From: Haliotis rubra
Lineage: Eukaryota
Direction: 5' to 3'
DNA: 64,000 nt
NCBI RefSeq assembly: GCF_003918875.1
Contig: NW_025767273.1
Span: 620,001 to 684,000 of the forward strand
The position numbers and the translations under genes were made by a program. This document shows positions 1-11,494 of the stretch, piece after piece. How positions within the stretch are numbered: the first letter of the stretch is position 1; each line of letters opens with the position of its first letter. Below the pieces are notes generated by a model. The model saw nothing but the letters and a program-made list of their open reading frames with translations, was not told where the DNA came from and did not search any database.

Positions 1-200
1 CAAGTCCCTGTATTTATTTTTCTTCAATGGACGTGTTTGTTTACCGTCAAACTGCAACAGGCGGACTTCAGTGTGAATCTGCTCCTTAGCAAGAAATTTG
101 ATTATTTCAAAAAATATTGCGGTGGGCCTTCCCACCAATCTCTTCCAGATGGTTGTTGGTGCGGAGGCCGTCGGAATCGTGGTGGTTCCACTGCGATGTA
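1..200 (-). mobile_element. Mutator/MULE transposase C-terminal remnant (degenerate)
   Basis: Minus-strand translation gives SQWNHHDSDGLRTNNHLE..IGGKAHRNIF/EIIKFLAKEQIHTEVRLLQ..KKNKYRDL with one frameshift and a small deletion. This matches the WN..RTNN.LEGW....K.HPNI..L..EQ tail of animal MULE transposases. Confidence 0.7.
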
Positions 201-1036
201 TGGGCGTCACTGATATACTGAAAACGTTAGGATGGGAGTCTTTACTAGTGTGGCACGTCATCAAGGTATAGATTTATTGAAGTTATTAAGATGCCCTCGT
301 GTCTTTGCGAGGATTACATTTTTTATTTAAAATGCATTAAAATTTGAGATGACCCCCGACTCGAAATGCTTCACGGTACAATTCATAATGACAAGGCCGG
401 ACACTTCGGTGTACCCCACCCGCCTGCTTTTCCCATCGCTACTCTACCATCGCATGCAATCGATTAAAACTTGATGTAAACATAATTGTGGATGGTTGCC
501 CTATCAAGCACCACCCATGACACCTACCAATTCTTTATTGCTATTTCTGCAAGTCGATTGAAACCCAATTTTGACTCTCAACTAAACGATCTTGACACAA
601 ATGGATGACGAAATATCCGCGCAAAACGGGTGTGTGGTCGAAGCAAGCCCTCTGGTTGGTCAACGCCTGTAAATCTGCACATTCTTTATAAATTCGCGGG
701 AATGTTTACTTTCATCGACTGCTTGACATGGAAATGTAAGATTCTTTTTTCTAGTAATGGCTTCCGAAAAGAAAGCATCAGGTGTAAATGTCCCCTTAAC
801 AAGCATCAACCAACCAGAGGGCTTACTTGGTCCACTGGTGTGCCACGTCATCAGGGTGTAGATTTACTGAAGACATTAGGATGGGAATCTCTACTACTGT
901 GCAAAGTGGTCAGTGCATTCACTGAGTTAGTCAGCTCTACTGTATAAATTCACTTTTAGCAAGACATTATCGGATGGTGTACCCTAGGTCATCCCCACCT
1001 CCCCTTTACTGTAGAGTGCTACATATCAAGGTGTAT

Positions 1037-1220
1037 ACGGGATTGGTTGCTCAGGCTCGCTGGCTTAGTTGACACATGTCATCGGTTCCCAATTGCGCAG
1101 ATCGATGCTCATGCTGTTGATCACTGGATTGTCTGGTCCAGACCGATTATTTACAGACCGCCGCCACATAGCTGGAATATTGCTGAGTGCGGTGTAAAAC
1201 TAAACTTACTCAATCACTCA
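1037..1220 (+). mobile_element. 5'-truncated copy of non-tRNA SINE-like repeat (family B)
   Basis: Homologous to the reverse complement of 29040-29220 and ends in an (ACTC)n-like tail. It interrupts intron sequence homologous to 19281-19310. Confidence 0.8.
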
Positions 1221-1234
1221 AGATGTACACTCAC

Positions 1235-1323
1235 CGGGACACATTAGGATTGAGGATTCCACTGATGTACAGTATGAGGCCAGGGCACATCCCACCTTGG
1301 ATACTGGTTATGAAAGGCACAGG
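1235..1323 (-). CDS. Exon of a second, inverted galectin paralogue (first exon of a C-terminal-type CRD); gene or pseudogene continuing off the window
   Basis: 89-nt exon with cag acceptor and gtgagt donor. It encodes PVPFITSIQGGMCPGLILYISGILNPNVSR, with the same length, phase and near-identical sequence as galectin exon 19188-19276. Confidence 0.85.
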
Positions 1324-1373
1324 CTGCAAGAGAAGCACAATGTATAACCATTCTGGTCACTTACACACTTGAA

Positions 1374-1540
1374 TGAGTGAGTGAGAATTGTTTTACGTCA
1401 CATTTAGCAATATTCCAGCAATATCACTTCAGAGGACACCAGAAATTGGCTTCACACATTGTACCCATGTGGGAAATCGAACCCAGGTCTTCAGTGTTAC
1501 AAGCGGACAGTTTAACCATTAGGCCACACGTACCGCCCCT
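1374..1540 (-). mobile_element. tRNA-derived SINE (family A), diverged copy
   Basis: The reverse complement has a GGGGCGG head, a B-box-like GGTTCGATTTCC and an (ACTC)n tail. Homologous to 4575-4736. Confidence 0.8.
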
Positions 1541-1639
1541 GCTTACAGAAACTGGAAATTAAGTTCTGAATGTGAAAATATCAGGAATCTTGTACATGAG
1601 CTAACTAAGGGATATATGTTTTCAAGAACTTTTCTTACG

Positions 1640-2095
1640 TGGCATTTTCATAATAAATCAATATTAAACTTATGAATAGTGGAATTTGAATAGAATTTAG
1701 ATTTTGATAACATTTACATACCAACAAAAAATGAAATTAATTTTCAACAAACTTAATTTTACAAACCCTAATCTATTTAATTTTGGTTGATAAATGTATC
1801 GACCGGTTTCAATTTGGAGGCGGTGTGAAGAACATCTGAATTTAGTAAGGGCCGATCGGAATTTTGAAACCGTTAAATCTTTTATGTAAAATTCAACATC
1901 AAATGTGAATTTAAAACAAGAATAAAGTGAAAATTTAGGACTATTTACAAGTGATGTGTGCCATTCTTGTTCATAGTTTACTTTTAATCTAAAAGCAAAT
2001 TCTGATATGAAATTATCAACATTATATAATTTTTGCTGTTGTTCCCACATAAAGCCAAATCCCAAAGAGTAAAAAATATACTGATGCCCTGTTTG
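1640..2095 (-). mobile_element. LINE ORF2 3' fragment (CR1/L2/RTE-X-like)
   Basis: The ORF contains GFGFMWEQQ..RLKVNYEQEWH..FRSALTKFRCSSHRLQIETGRY, the same C-terminal motif set as the LINEs at 26-28 kb and 59-63 kb. Confidence 0.75.
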
Positions 2096-4439
2096 TTTTA
2101 CCATAAAACCCATCCACGCATGACATAGCCACATCACCTCATTGTACCTTGGTACCCTGTGGGGACAAATTAGGTGATCTGGGAGGATACCTGTATGCTT
2201 GTGTCCTCCCCTGTAAACATTGTGGTGGACAGAGCTCTTGTGGGCAAAGATCCTGGATTCGTGATATAGCAACAACGTTGGGAATATAGAAAAGAGGGCT
2301 TCACATTGAGCAACGTGTTTACTTCAAATACTATGCAATAAGACCCTATGAAGTGGTATTTAGGTAGATATAATACCATTTTGCCTTTCATGTGTAACTC
2401 TGGTAAATTAACAAAGCTGTAAGAGCTTTAATCTATTATAAAACATGTCATATTTGCCCACTGTCATTCGCCAATATAAACTTCGCATCAACATAAACAA
2501 CATTTGCTGATACAGCATGAGGCAATAAAGGTATTAATATTTTAATTAAGGAAAGAAAGAAGTCAAAACACCGTCACTTGCTGTCCCAAATATCACACGG
2601 CACACGTCACACGTCACAAGCTAAGAAAAATAAGTGACCTTCTCACATAGACATAGCAAAGAAAACGGTGTCCTCCCATTCTCAGTCATTCTTCAGACAC
2701 TTGAGTAGAGGGATTAATTTACTCTCACCCCACAGCAATAATGGAACAGTTTAAACATGTTAAATAGCCTACTTAGTGCTCAGGAGAGTAGAGAGATTTT
2801 TAAACGAGATTCAACCTTTTACTCCGTCCTGAAGAGGCCACAGGCCTATAGTACATAAACATACATATATTTATATCCCCCGATTTTCAAATATTATTAT
2901 TTTTCTTTCTTGCAATGTTGCATGGAATATAAACATTAATAAATTCTGAAGTACTTAAATGTTTGTACTTAATGATATAAATTTAATAACGTTTGGATAT
3001 CTATAAACATGATTTGGTAAATATTTTCTTCTAAGATCTGAGTACAGCGGACAAACAAGAAAGAAATGGTACTCGTCCTCGACAGTATTTAAATCACATA
3101 GTTGGCCTTGTCTCTCTTGTCGATTAATGTAAGTATAGGGTCCAGTTTCTATAAAAAAATCATGAGATGAACATCAAAAACGTGATAATGCAACTCGGAT
3201 TTGCGCTTATCTTAAAAGCTTTGTAATAGAAACATTTGTTTGATAGAGTCAGTGATTCAAGCCGTGTCTGCAATAAATATCCTGAAGTCTTTGAGGATTT
3301 CATTACATGTTATTCATGACAACATGATGCTATGATATGAAGAAATTATATACAAACATATGTCAGTGGGGTTGTGTTCCCTTTCTCAATTGAAATACTT
3401 AACTGGGTTCTTCCTTTTCTCTATCAAAGGTAACAGCTTTCTCGACTGATGTGCATTAGACCGTAAATGTTGTTGTTTTAAGCTGTCTGAAGAATGGCTG
3501 TCTGAAGAATGGGAGATAACCAAGAAAACACATAACAACACGGTGGCTTTTCTACGCTACACTCGGAGAATATAGACAAGAGGGCTTCACTTTGAGCAAA
3601 GTGTTTGCTTACGCTTTGAAACTTTGAGAGTCGTAAATATAGCACTAATCTATATGGATATAGACACAATTCCTGATACATCATAGTTAAATATACATTT
3701 TCAATCAAACTATACAATTTTTAAGGAAGGAAGCGTATCTACCCCGATGTGCAGGTTTCGTTAAAATATTTTGCAATCCAGTTTTAGTAGTACCCGGTGG
3801 CCGACTTTTCAAGGCCGGAGTTTCAGGCTGTCCCCAGGATCCTCGCACAGGTCCCCGAGAAGCTGTGTCAGCAATGGTTGTTTGAATGTGATACATTCCT
3901 GAGTGGGTGACAACGCGTAGTGTGGGAGATATCTATTATGATTATGGAAGAGATTTTGACGCACTTGATAACTGCTGAAGATTTGAAATATTGTCATTAT
4001 AATTACAATCATGTGACACCAAGTTCATGTCACGTTTTCGTTGCTTTATCTTTTCGTAAATATATCCTACCAACAATGTAGCATACACGATCTTTAGAGT
4101 GTTACGAACAGCAAAGTCACGCTGTATTATTAAAATTTTAGGTGTGACTTGTATCTGGTACAAAACCTTTTATGACGAGAAAGCAGTGGGCGCAAACGAG
4201 CGTGATCATTTTGGAAAATACGATTATACTTCTACCTGAGACTATTGTGGCGATCTTTTCCCGGGGAAAAAGTACCCGAGATTTCATGCAGCTAGCTTGC
4301 AGTCGGGCAGTCCTTTATACAAATACAATTTACGATTGAGTCTTGGTTTCCAACAACAAAACACGTGTGAAAACAAGTCATTGATACCATGGCAAATAGT
4401 ACCTTGGTATCCACCGGACGAAACAATGCCGTGATAATG

Positions 4440-5350
4440 TAAGGATAGCCAAACAGATACGGGAACAGATTATTTAAAGTACTAGTATTTGGATGCGAAA
4501 AAACACAAGTTTCCCAAATGTGCCACCCAAACTTCAAATTATAGGCCTATCTTTAGTGACGCTTTGCATAGAGAGTGAGTGAGTGAGTTTGGTTTTACGC
4601 CGCAGCAATATTCCAGCAATATCACGGCGGGGGACACCAGAAATGAGCTTCACACATCATACCCATGTGGGGAATCAAACCCGGGTTTTCGGCGTGACGA
4701 ACGAACGCTTTAACCACTAGGCTACCACACCGCCCCCTTTGCATAGAGAACCCCCATGATCTATGATACCTATGTTCCTTTGAAGTGGGGGCAGGGAGCA
4801 ACTCATTTTACTGCATTAGTTTGCCAAATGGATATGTTTTATTAAGAAGATAATACCATTGATGAAGGGTACCCATGTAACTTCGATGAGGGGTTAAGGA
4901 ACGACCCATTTTACTGTAATAGATAACCAAATGGAAAAGGAAGAAGATAATACTATTTCCAACCTGTATTTTAAATCATTTGGATGCGAAAAATACCTGA
5001 CTCCCAAATGTGCAACCCAAACATCAAGCTATATCCACAGTGACGCTTTGCATAGAGAACCCCCATGATGTATGGTACCTATGTTCCTTTGAAGAGGGAG
5101 TAGGGAGCGACTCCTGTTACTTTATTAGATAGTCAAATGGATAAGGAAGGAGATAATACCAGTTTCAGTCCGTACTATAAAGTATTTTGATGCGAAACAT
5201 GCTAGGCTCCCAAATGAGCCACCCAAACTTCAAGTTATTTCTTTAGTGGTACTTTTCATAGAGAGACCCTCTATCTTGTAGGGTGCCTACTGGCAGTATG
5301 TAATTTGAAGAGGGAGTAGGGAGCGATTGTTTTACTTTATTAGATAGCCG
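4440..5350. repeat. Diverged ~200-bp tandem repeat (about 3 copies), one copy interrupted by a SINE
   Basis: The motif tttggatgcgaaa...cccaaatgtgccacccaaacttcaa...tttgcatagaga..tttgaagagggagtagggagc recurs near 4487, 4979 and 5185. Confidence 0.65.
4575..4736 (-). mobile_element. tRNA-derived SINE (family A), full length with 13-bp TSD
   Basis: A-box/B-box head (GTAGCCTAGTGG, GGTTTGATTCCC) and (ACTC)n tail. TSD ctttgcatagaga at 4562-4574 and 4737-4749. Confidence 0.9.
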
Positions 5351-6127
5351 AAGAGATACCAAATGTTCACCCAGGCTTCTCCAGGCTATTCTAGGGGGGA
5401 CTTATCCAAATCAGTTATCGGAGTGGCAGTAGGAGCGATGGGGATAGACCCGTTGATGTTGATTCAGGGTATAAAGGTCATGAAGAAGGATATGGAAACT
5501 TTATTTGAGTTTTGAACTACATCCGCCACCACTTACTCGCATGAACTCACATACGTACACACACCCGGAATATGAGAATGTATTTGTTCCTTTCAGTGAC
5601 AACTAGTTAAGGAGGCGTTGAGGAGCGAAGAAGAGTCGCCTCTCACAACGAGCATTTCTAACCCGGATATTCACGGGTCTAAAACCGAGATAGATCATGA
5701 ATTGCAAACGCGCACATGGAATATATTCACAAATGAAAACCGGCCACGTGACTGGTGCGCACTGTCTCTGCCACTCTTGCTCTTTCACAAGGTTATATAG
5801 CTTTCATCTTTAACTTTTACCTATTCATCTGGTCCAGGTTCTAAAAACAGACTTGCCTACGATGACATTGGTGTTTGAACCATAATTTATAGAATATCTA
5901 AGAACAGGCCCTACCGTCGTCCTTAGACTTGCCGATTCTAAGGACAGAATTACTACACAGACTTGGCCCTATTCTTCAGAACCGACTTGGAGAACACTGT
6001 ACGTTCTGACGAGCTTTCCATGAGAACCCCTGCTCAGATCACGGTCGGTAATCGTCATATTACCTAGACATCTTCGCGCATATCCACTGCGACTGTGATT
6101 CACTTCCGTTGAATCATACTTATCGAG

Positions 6128-6135
6128 TATATAAG
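6128..6135 (+). promoter_or_regulatory. Candidate TATA box of the galectin gene
   Basis: TATATAAG about 145 nt upstream of the inferred galectin ATG at 6275. Confidence 0.45.
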
Positions 6136-6274
6136 AACAGGTTGTCAAAGACTTACCTGTGTAGACTTCCGTGTGTTGACAGTGTATCTTGTGATCACTT
6201 CGGCTGGTGGACTCGCTTGTTTCGGAGGTTACCGCATTTAGTCGCAAGAAAGCTTGACATCTCACACCGACATC

Positions 6275-9200
6275 ATGGCATACGCTGGAGGAACTGTTGT
6301 GAACCCGGTACGTTCTATTTCAATTCAAAGTTTATTTCTCAAAACCCACTCACGGTGGTACAATAGAATAGAAATATACCTCTTTTATATAAATTGATAT
6401 CAGTAACCTAAGCCATATTAACTTTTCAAAAACAATATGTAAATATGTTGACAGATTCTTCAATTCTAACAGTTTTCTCCCATCTACGTTGTCACAACGT
6501 TGTTGCCTGACGTTGTGCTACGTCAATTTTATATTCTCTGAATAAAAGACGTGTACAATGTAAGAAAAGACGTATAAAGCTGGACTTATCCGATTTTTTT
6601 GGTTTTATTTACACATAGATATAACATTCGCTCACTCAGCCATACTATACTGTATATATTAATACAGAAATAAATTGATTCACATTGCCAATGTTTCCTA
6701 CTGAAAATGATTTTTACATTGTTTCCATTTGTTTGGTATTCCTGAAATCTAGCTTTGCTATAATATCTGATTCTATCTATGTTGCGGTAATAGTTCAATT
6801 CTTTTTTAAATAGAGATAAATGCAGTATTCGATTTGTAAGTTTACATTTATAGATATGAAATTTAGCTATTATCAAGTCAAATATAGCATCACTGTGGAA
6901 GGATTCTGAAAAACCAAATAACACTGGATCACAATGGAGCATAATTCTGGAAGCATGTGAACATTTCAGCATTATCCACTACCTTCCAAAAAGACCCACG
7001 TTCTCTACATCACCAAAACATATTAGGAGTATCATTTGCTAACATCATATTTGCAGAATCATTTTCAAAATGCTCCAAATTGTAATAATTTGGAACAGTA
7101 GTAAGTAGCAGGTGTTTCAAATTTTTGTCAGAATCATTAAACAATTTCCGTATCCACGTCAACTTCAGTGCATCAACGTAAGCAAATATATAATCATTCC
7201 TAATCCCCTTCTACAACAGGTTTACATTGCCAATGCTTCAGTTCTTTGTAATTCTATCTGGCTTGTTGTCACTCTGATTCTATCTTCTTTTTAAATAGAG
7301 ATAAATGCAGTATTCGATTTGTAAGTTTACATTTAAGATATGAAATTTAGCTCAAGTCAAATATAGAGAATGCAATTTGGAGCGTTTTAAGGAAGTCTCC
7401 TGGTGGATTTGGTAGAATAAGAAACAGGAACTTCAGTGCATCAACGGGTACACTTACAGAATACCGGATACATACCAACCATATTGTTTAATGTCACGTC
7501 ACCCTAACCCTAACCATTACCCTAACCCGAACCGTAAACCTTACCCTAACCCTAACCCTAAACCTTGCCCTAACCCGAGCCCTAAACCTTACTCTTAACC
7601 TTGCCCTAACCCTAACCCTAAACCTTACCCTAACCCTAGGGTTAGGAAGGTATCCGGTATTCTGTAATCTTACCAAGGAATTTAACTTTGAAATCAGTAA
7701 TGACTTAATAATAGCTCTTTTCCCTAATGGAGTAATAATTCTTTTCATCCATTGTTTAATTATTGGCTCAATTTCATATATTTTACTTGCAAAATTACGT
7801 TTTACCATCTTATCATAGTCAACTGAGAATGTTATACCAACAAAAATCACTCAAGTTCCTTGTGAGTAATCATTGTTATAACTTGAATGAAACGATAAGC
7901 TTGTCATGATTTTGTTTGCAACAGGGATCGTTATTACAAAGAGGATATATATTTTAAAGCATGAGGCAATTGTGAAATAGGCAGTAGAAAAAGGTTGTTC
8001 CGAATAATGAAGTAGTTCGAAAGCTTCAACATGTGTGAATAGATCTAATGGAGGTGTGAAATTTGTCAGAAGTGTTTAGATGCTACAGTAGGTTATATGA
8101 AGATGGAAAATGTTTTGTCAAGACAGGAAAAGAAATACTTTTATTCCTTCAACTTTCTGTAGACATAGGTGTTTGATCATGTCTTCCCTTGGAAATCAGC
8201 ACCAACTTTGAGAGATCCAGACCAATTCTGATTTTTTTCTGTATGCGATCACTTTGCAACTTGAGGGATACCAACCCACTTGATACCAGCCCGATCCCTG
8301 ACGTTCTCTATATAAGATATCAATCCTTCTTGAGGTATCTACCCAATCCCTGCCTTTCCCTGTATGAGATCACCAACCCACTTGAGGGATCCACCCCAAT
8401 CCCTGACTTGTTCTGTATAAGATCACATCCCACTTGAGGGATCCACCATATCCCTGACTGTCTCTGTATGAGATCACCAGCCCACTTGAGTGATCCACCC
8501 CAATCCCTGACTGTCTATGTATGAGATTACATCCCACTTGAGGGATCTTCCCAATACGTGACACCTTCTCTGTATGAGATCACCAACCCTCTTGAGGGAT
8601 GTTCCTAATACGTGACACCTTCTCTGTATGAGATCACCAACCCTCTTGAGGGATGTTCCTAATACGTGACACCTTTTCTGTATGAGATCACCAACCCACT
8701 TGAGGGATCTTCCCAATACGTGACACTTTTTCTGTATGAGATCACCAACCCTCTTGAGGGATGTTCCTAATACGTGACACCTTCTCTGTATGAGATCACC
8801 AACCCTCTTGAGGGATGTTCCTAATACGTGACACCTTCTCTGTATGAGATCACCAACCCTCTTGAGGGATCCATCCCATTCCCTGACGTTCTCTGTATGA
8901 GATCAGGAGCCAACTTCAGCAATGCAGTCCAATCCCCGACGCTCTCTTCACCAACCCACTTGAGGGATCCACCCTAATCCCTGACTGTCTCTGTATGAGA
9001 TACCAACCCCTTTGAAATAATCCACCCCAATCCCTGACTTGCTCTGTATAAGATAACCAACCCACTTGAGGGATCCACCCAATCCCTGACTTGCTGTGTC
9101 TCTATAATATCACCTACCCACTTAAATAACCCACCCCAATCCCTCACTGCCTCTGTATGAGATACCAACCCCAATGTTCTTTATACAATCAACATAGAAA

Positions 9201-11443
9201 GATCATGCTTAAAGCTATTCAAGATGTATGTGGTAGTAATTCTGTGATTACATTATCTGTTATTTCAAACGGGATTGCAGATCTGACAAATCATAGAAAT
9301 TATATTAAAAAATGTACATCAATATATATGCAAATCTAAACGATTCCAGTAGTCTTCTCTCCATAGACCTTTTGTATTATAGCATTTCCCCCTGTTATCT
9401 TTCTCTGTCTCTGTTTCTAATAATTGCTTGTGATGTAATTAGTTATTGTAAATATCTTCGGAGAGGGGTTTAATAAGTTGAAAGAATTTGTCCCCGATCC
9501 TTTTCACATTGTGAATAAAATATGTTTAAACTAAAAAAAACCCTTTGAATAATTCACCCCAATCCCTGACTTGCTCTGTATAAGATAACCAACTCACTTG
9601 AGGAATCCACCCAACCCCTGACTGTCTCTGTATGAGATTACCAGCCCACTCGATTGATCCATTCCAATTCCTTATTTTCTCTGCATGAGATCACCAACCC
9701 ACTTGAGGGGTCCACAGCATCTTCCTTAATTGCACATAATTACTAATTCACACTTATTCGGTATACCTGAAGGTAGCACAGATGCACAAACTTGCATGTC
9801 ACCCTTGTTCAGGGTCCTACAATCTTCCAGTGACTTGTTTTGTAAGTTAGGTAATGGAAGGTAAGAAGGTAATGTATATTGGCGGTTCAAGATGATATTT
9901 TGTTATTTTAGACCATTCCATACGCCTGCCCCATCCCAGGTGGACTTCCGGATGGCAAGATGATAATAGTAAAGGGCATCTGTGATCATCACCAGGACGC
10001 GTGAGTGTGTAAACATGTAAATGTATACATCTTGTGCATATGCTTTGCTGAAGTAACAGGCACTGATAAAACAGCTAGCCACAGGCAGAGGGACTAGCCA
10101 CATACATAGATAGGGGATTAGCCACATACAGAGATAGGGGACTAGCCACATACAGAGATAGGGGACTAGTCACATACAGAGATAGGGGACTAGCCACATA
10201 CAGAGATAGGGGACTAGTCACATACAGAGATAGGGGACTAGCCACATACAGAGATAGGGGACTAGCCACATACAGAGATAGGGGATTAGTCAATTACAGA
10301 GGTGGGGAACTAGTCACTTACAGAGGTAGAGGAACTAGCCACAAAAAGAGGTAGAGGGACTAGTCACATACAGAGGTAGAGGGACTAGCCACATACAGAG
10401 GTAGAGGGACTAGTCACATACAGAGGTAGAGGGACTAGCCACATACAGAGGTAGAGAGACAAGCCACAGACAGTGACAGAGTAACTAGTTACATAGAGAA
10501 ATGTGATAGTGACTAGCTACATACAGCCCACATAAAGCAATAGAGCAACTAGCAACATACACTAACGTGATACAGATGCTGGTGTTGAATGTTACAGATT
10601 CTCCATCAACCTGAGTGCGAACCCCCAGATGAGCCCCTTGCGTGACACTGTCCTCCACTTTAACGTGAGATTCAACGAGAACGCCATCGTCCGGAACTGC
10701 CAGCAGGGCGTTGCCTGGGGACTTGAGGAGCGGGGACGGGGGATGCCACTCCGGAAGGGGACCCCATTTGAAATCATCATTCTGGCGCATCGTACACACT
10801 ACAAGGTAATCCCCTTGACCACATTGGTTGAAGGACACTAAAATATATGAACAAATTATTCAAGCATGTTAGTTTATCACATTTATACACGTTGCCCTTC
10901 ATACTTTTATTCGATTTTCTTTTGCTTTATGAGAGAAGTGAAGTGAATCATCATTGGGAGGTGGCGGTTTCCGTACAAAACACATCAGCTGCTGCCAGTG
11001 ACAAGTTTATAAACAACCTGTTAAAATGATCAGCGATCACTAGAATTTACCACAACCTCCAGCTTCCAACTAACTCCATTGGTGGAGTAGTGGTAATATT
11101 ACCTAACGGAGCAGCCTATTGTTTTAGAGAATTTGTTTCGCCTTATGCATTTGCAAAAACACCTGACCTTTTTGGGATGGATTTTGTGGTTCCAGCCACA
11201 ACTGCTTGCATTAAACCATGATTTACCAGCATTACCATAAGTATGGTACAATAGCAAAGTGCCTTCGTCTCCACAGATTTCCGTCGACGGCCGCCACTTT
11301 GCCAACTTCCGCCATCGCTTCCCCAAGGAGAGTGCTCAGTACCTGGTCATCATCGGCGAGATCAACGTCAGCTACGTCAAGTTTGAGGGCGGTGCAGTAA
11401 GTCTTCACCTTTTTCATCATCATCATCATCATCGTCGTCGTCG

Positions 11444-11494
<51 letters not shown>

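Noticed and set aside
480-830. Weak tyrosine-recombinase-like fragments on the minus strand (RPH..LRGYF, ATIHNYV)
   Set aside because: Requires several frameshifts and stops, so it cannot be supported without a profile search.
7500-7646. True telomere or chromosome-fusion site
   Set aside because: The repeats are short, degenerate and enclosed by element-like inverted repeats.
8235-9720. 54-bp unit translates to ITNPLEGSTPIPDCL, reminiscent of galectin NP..PIPGGL
   Set aside because: Nucleotide similarity to the exons is weak and the spacing differs, so it is likely coincidence.
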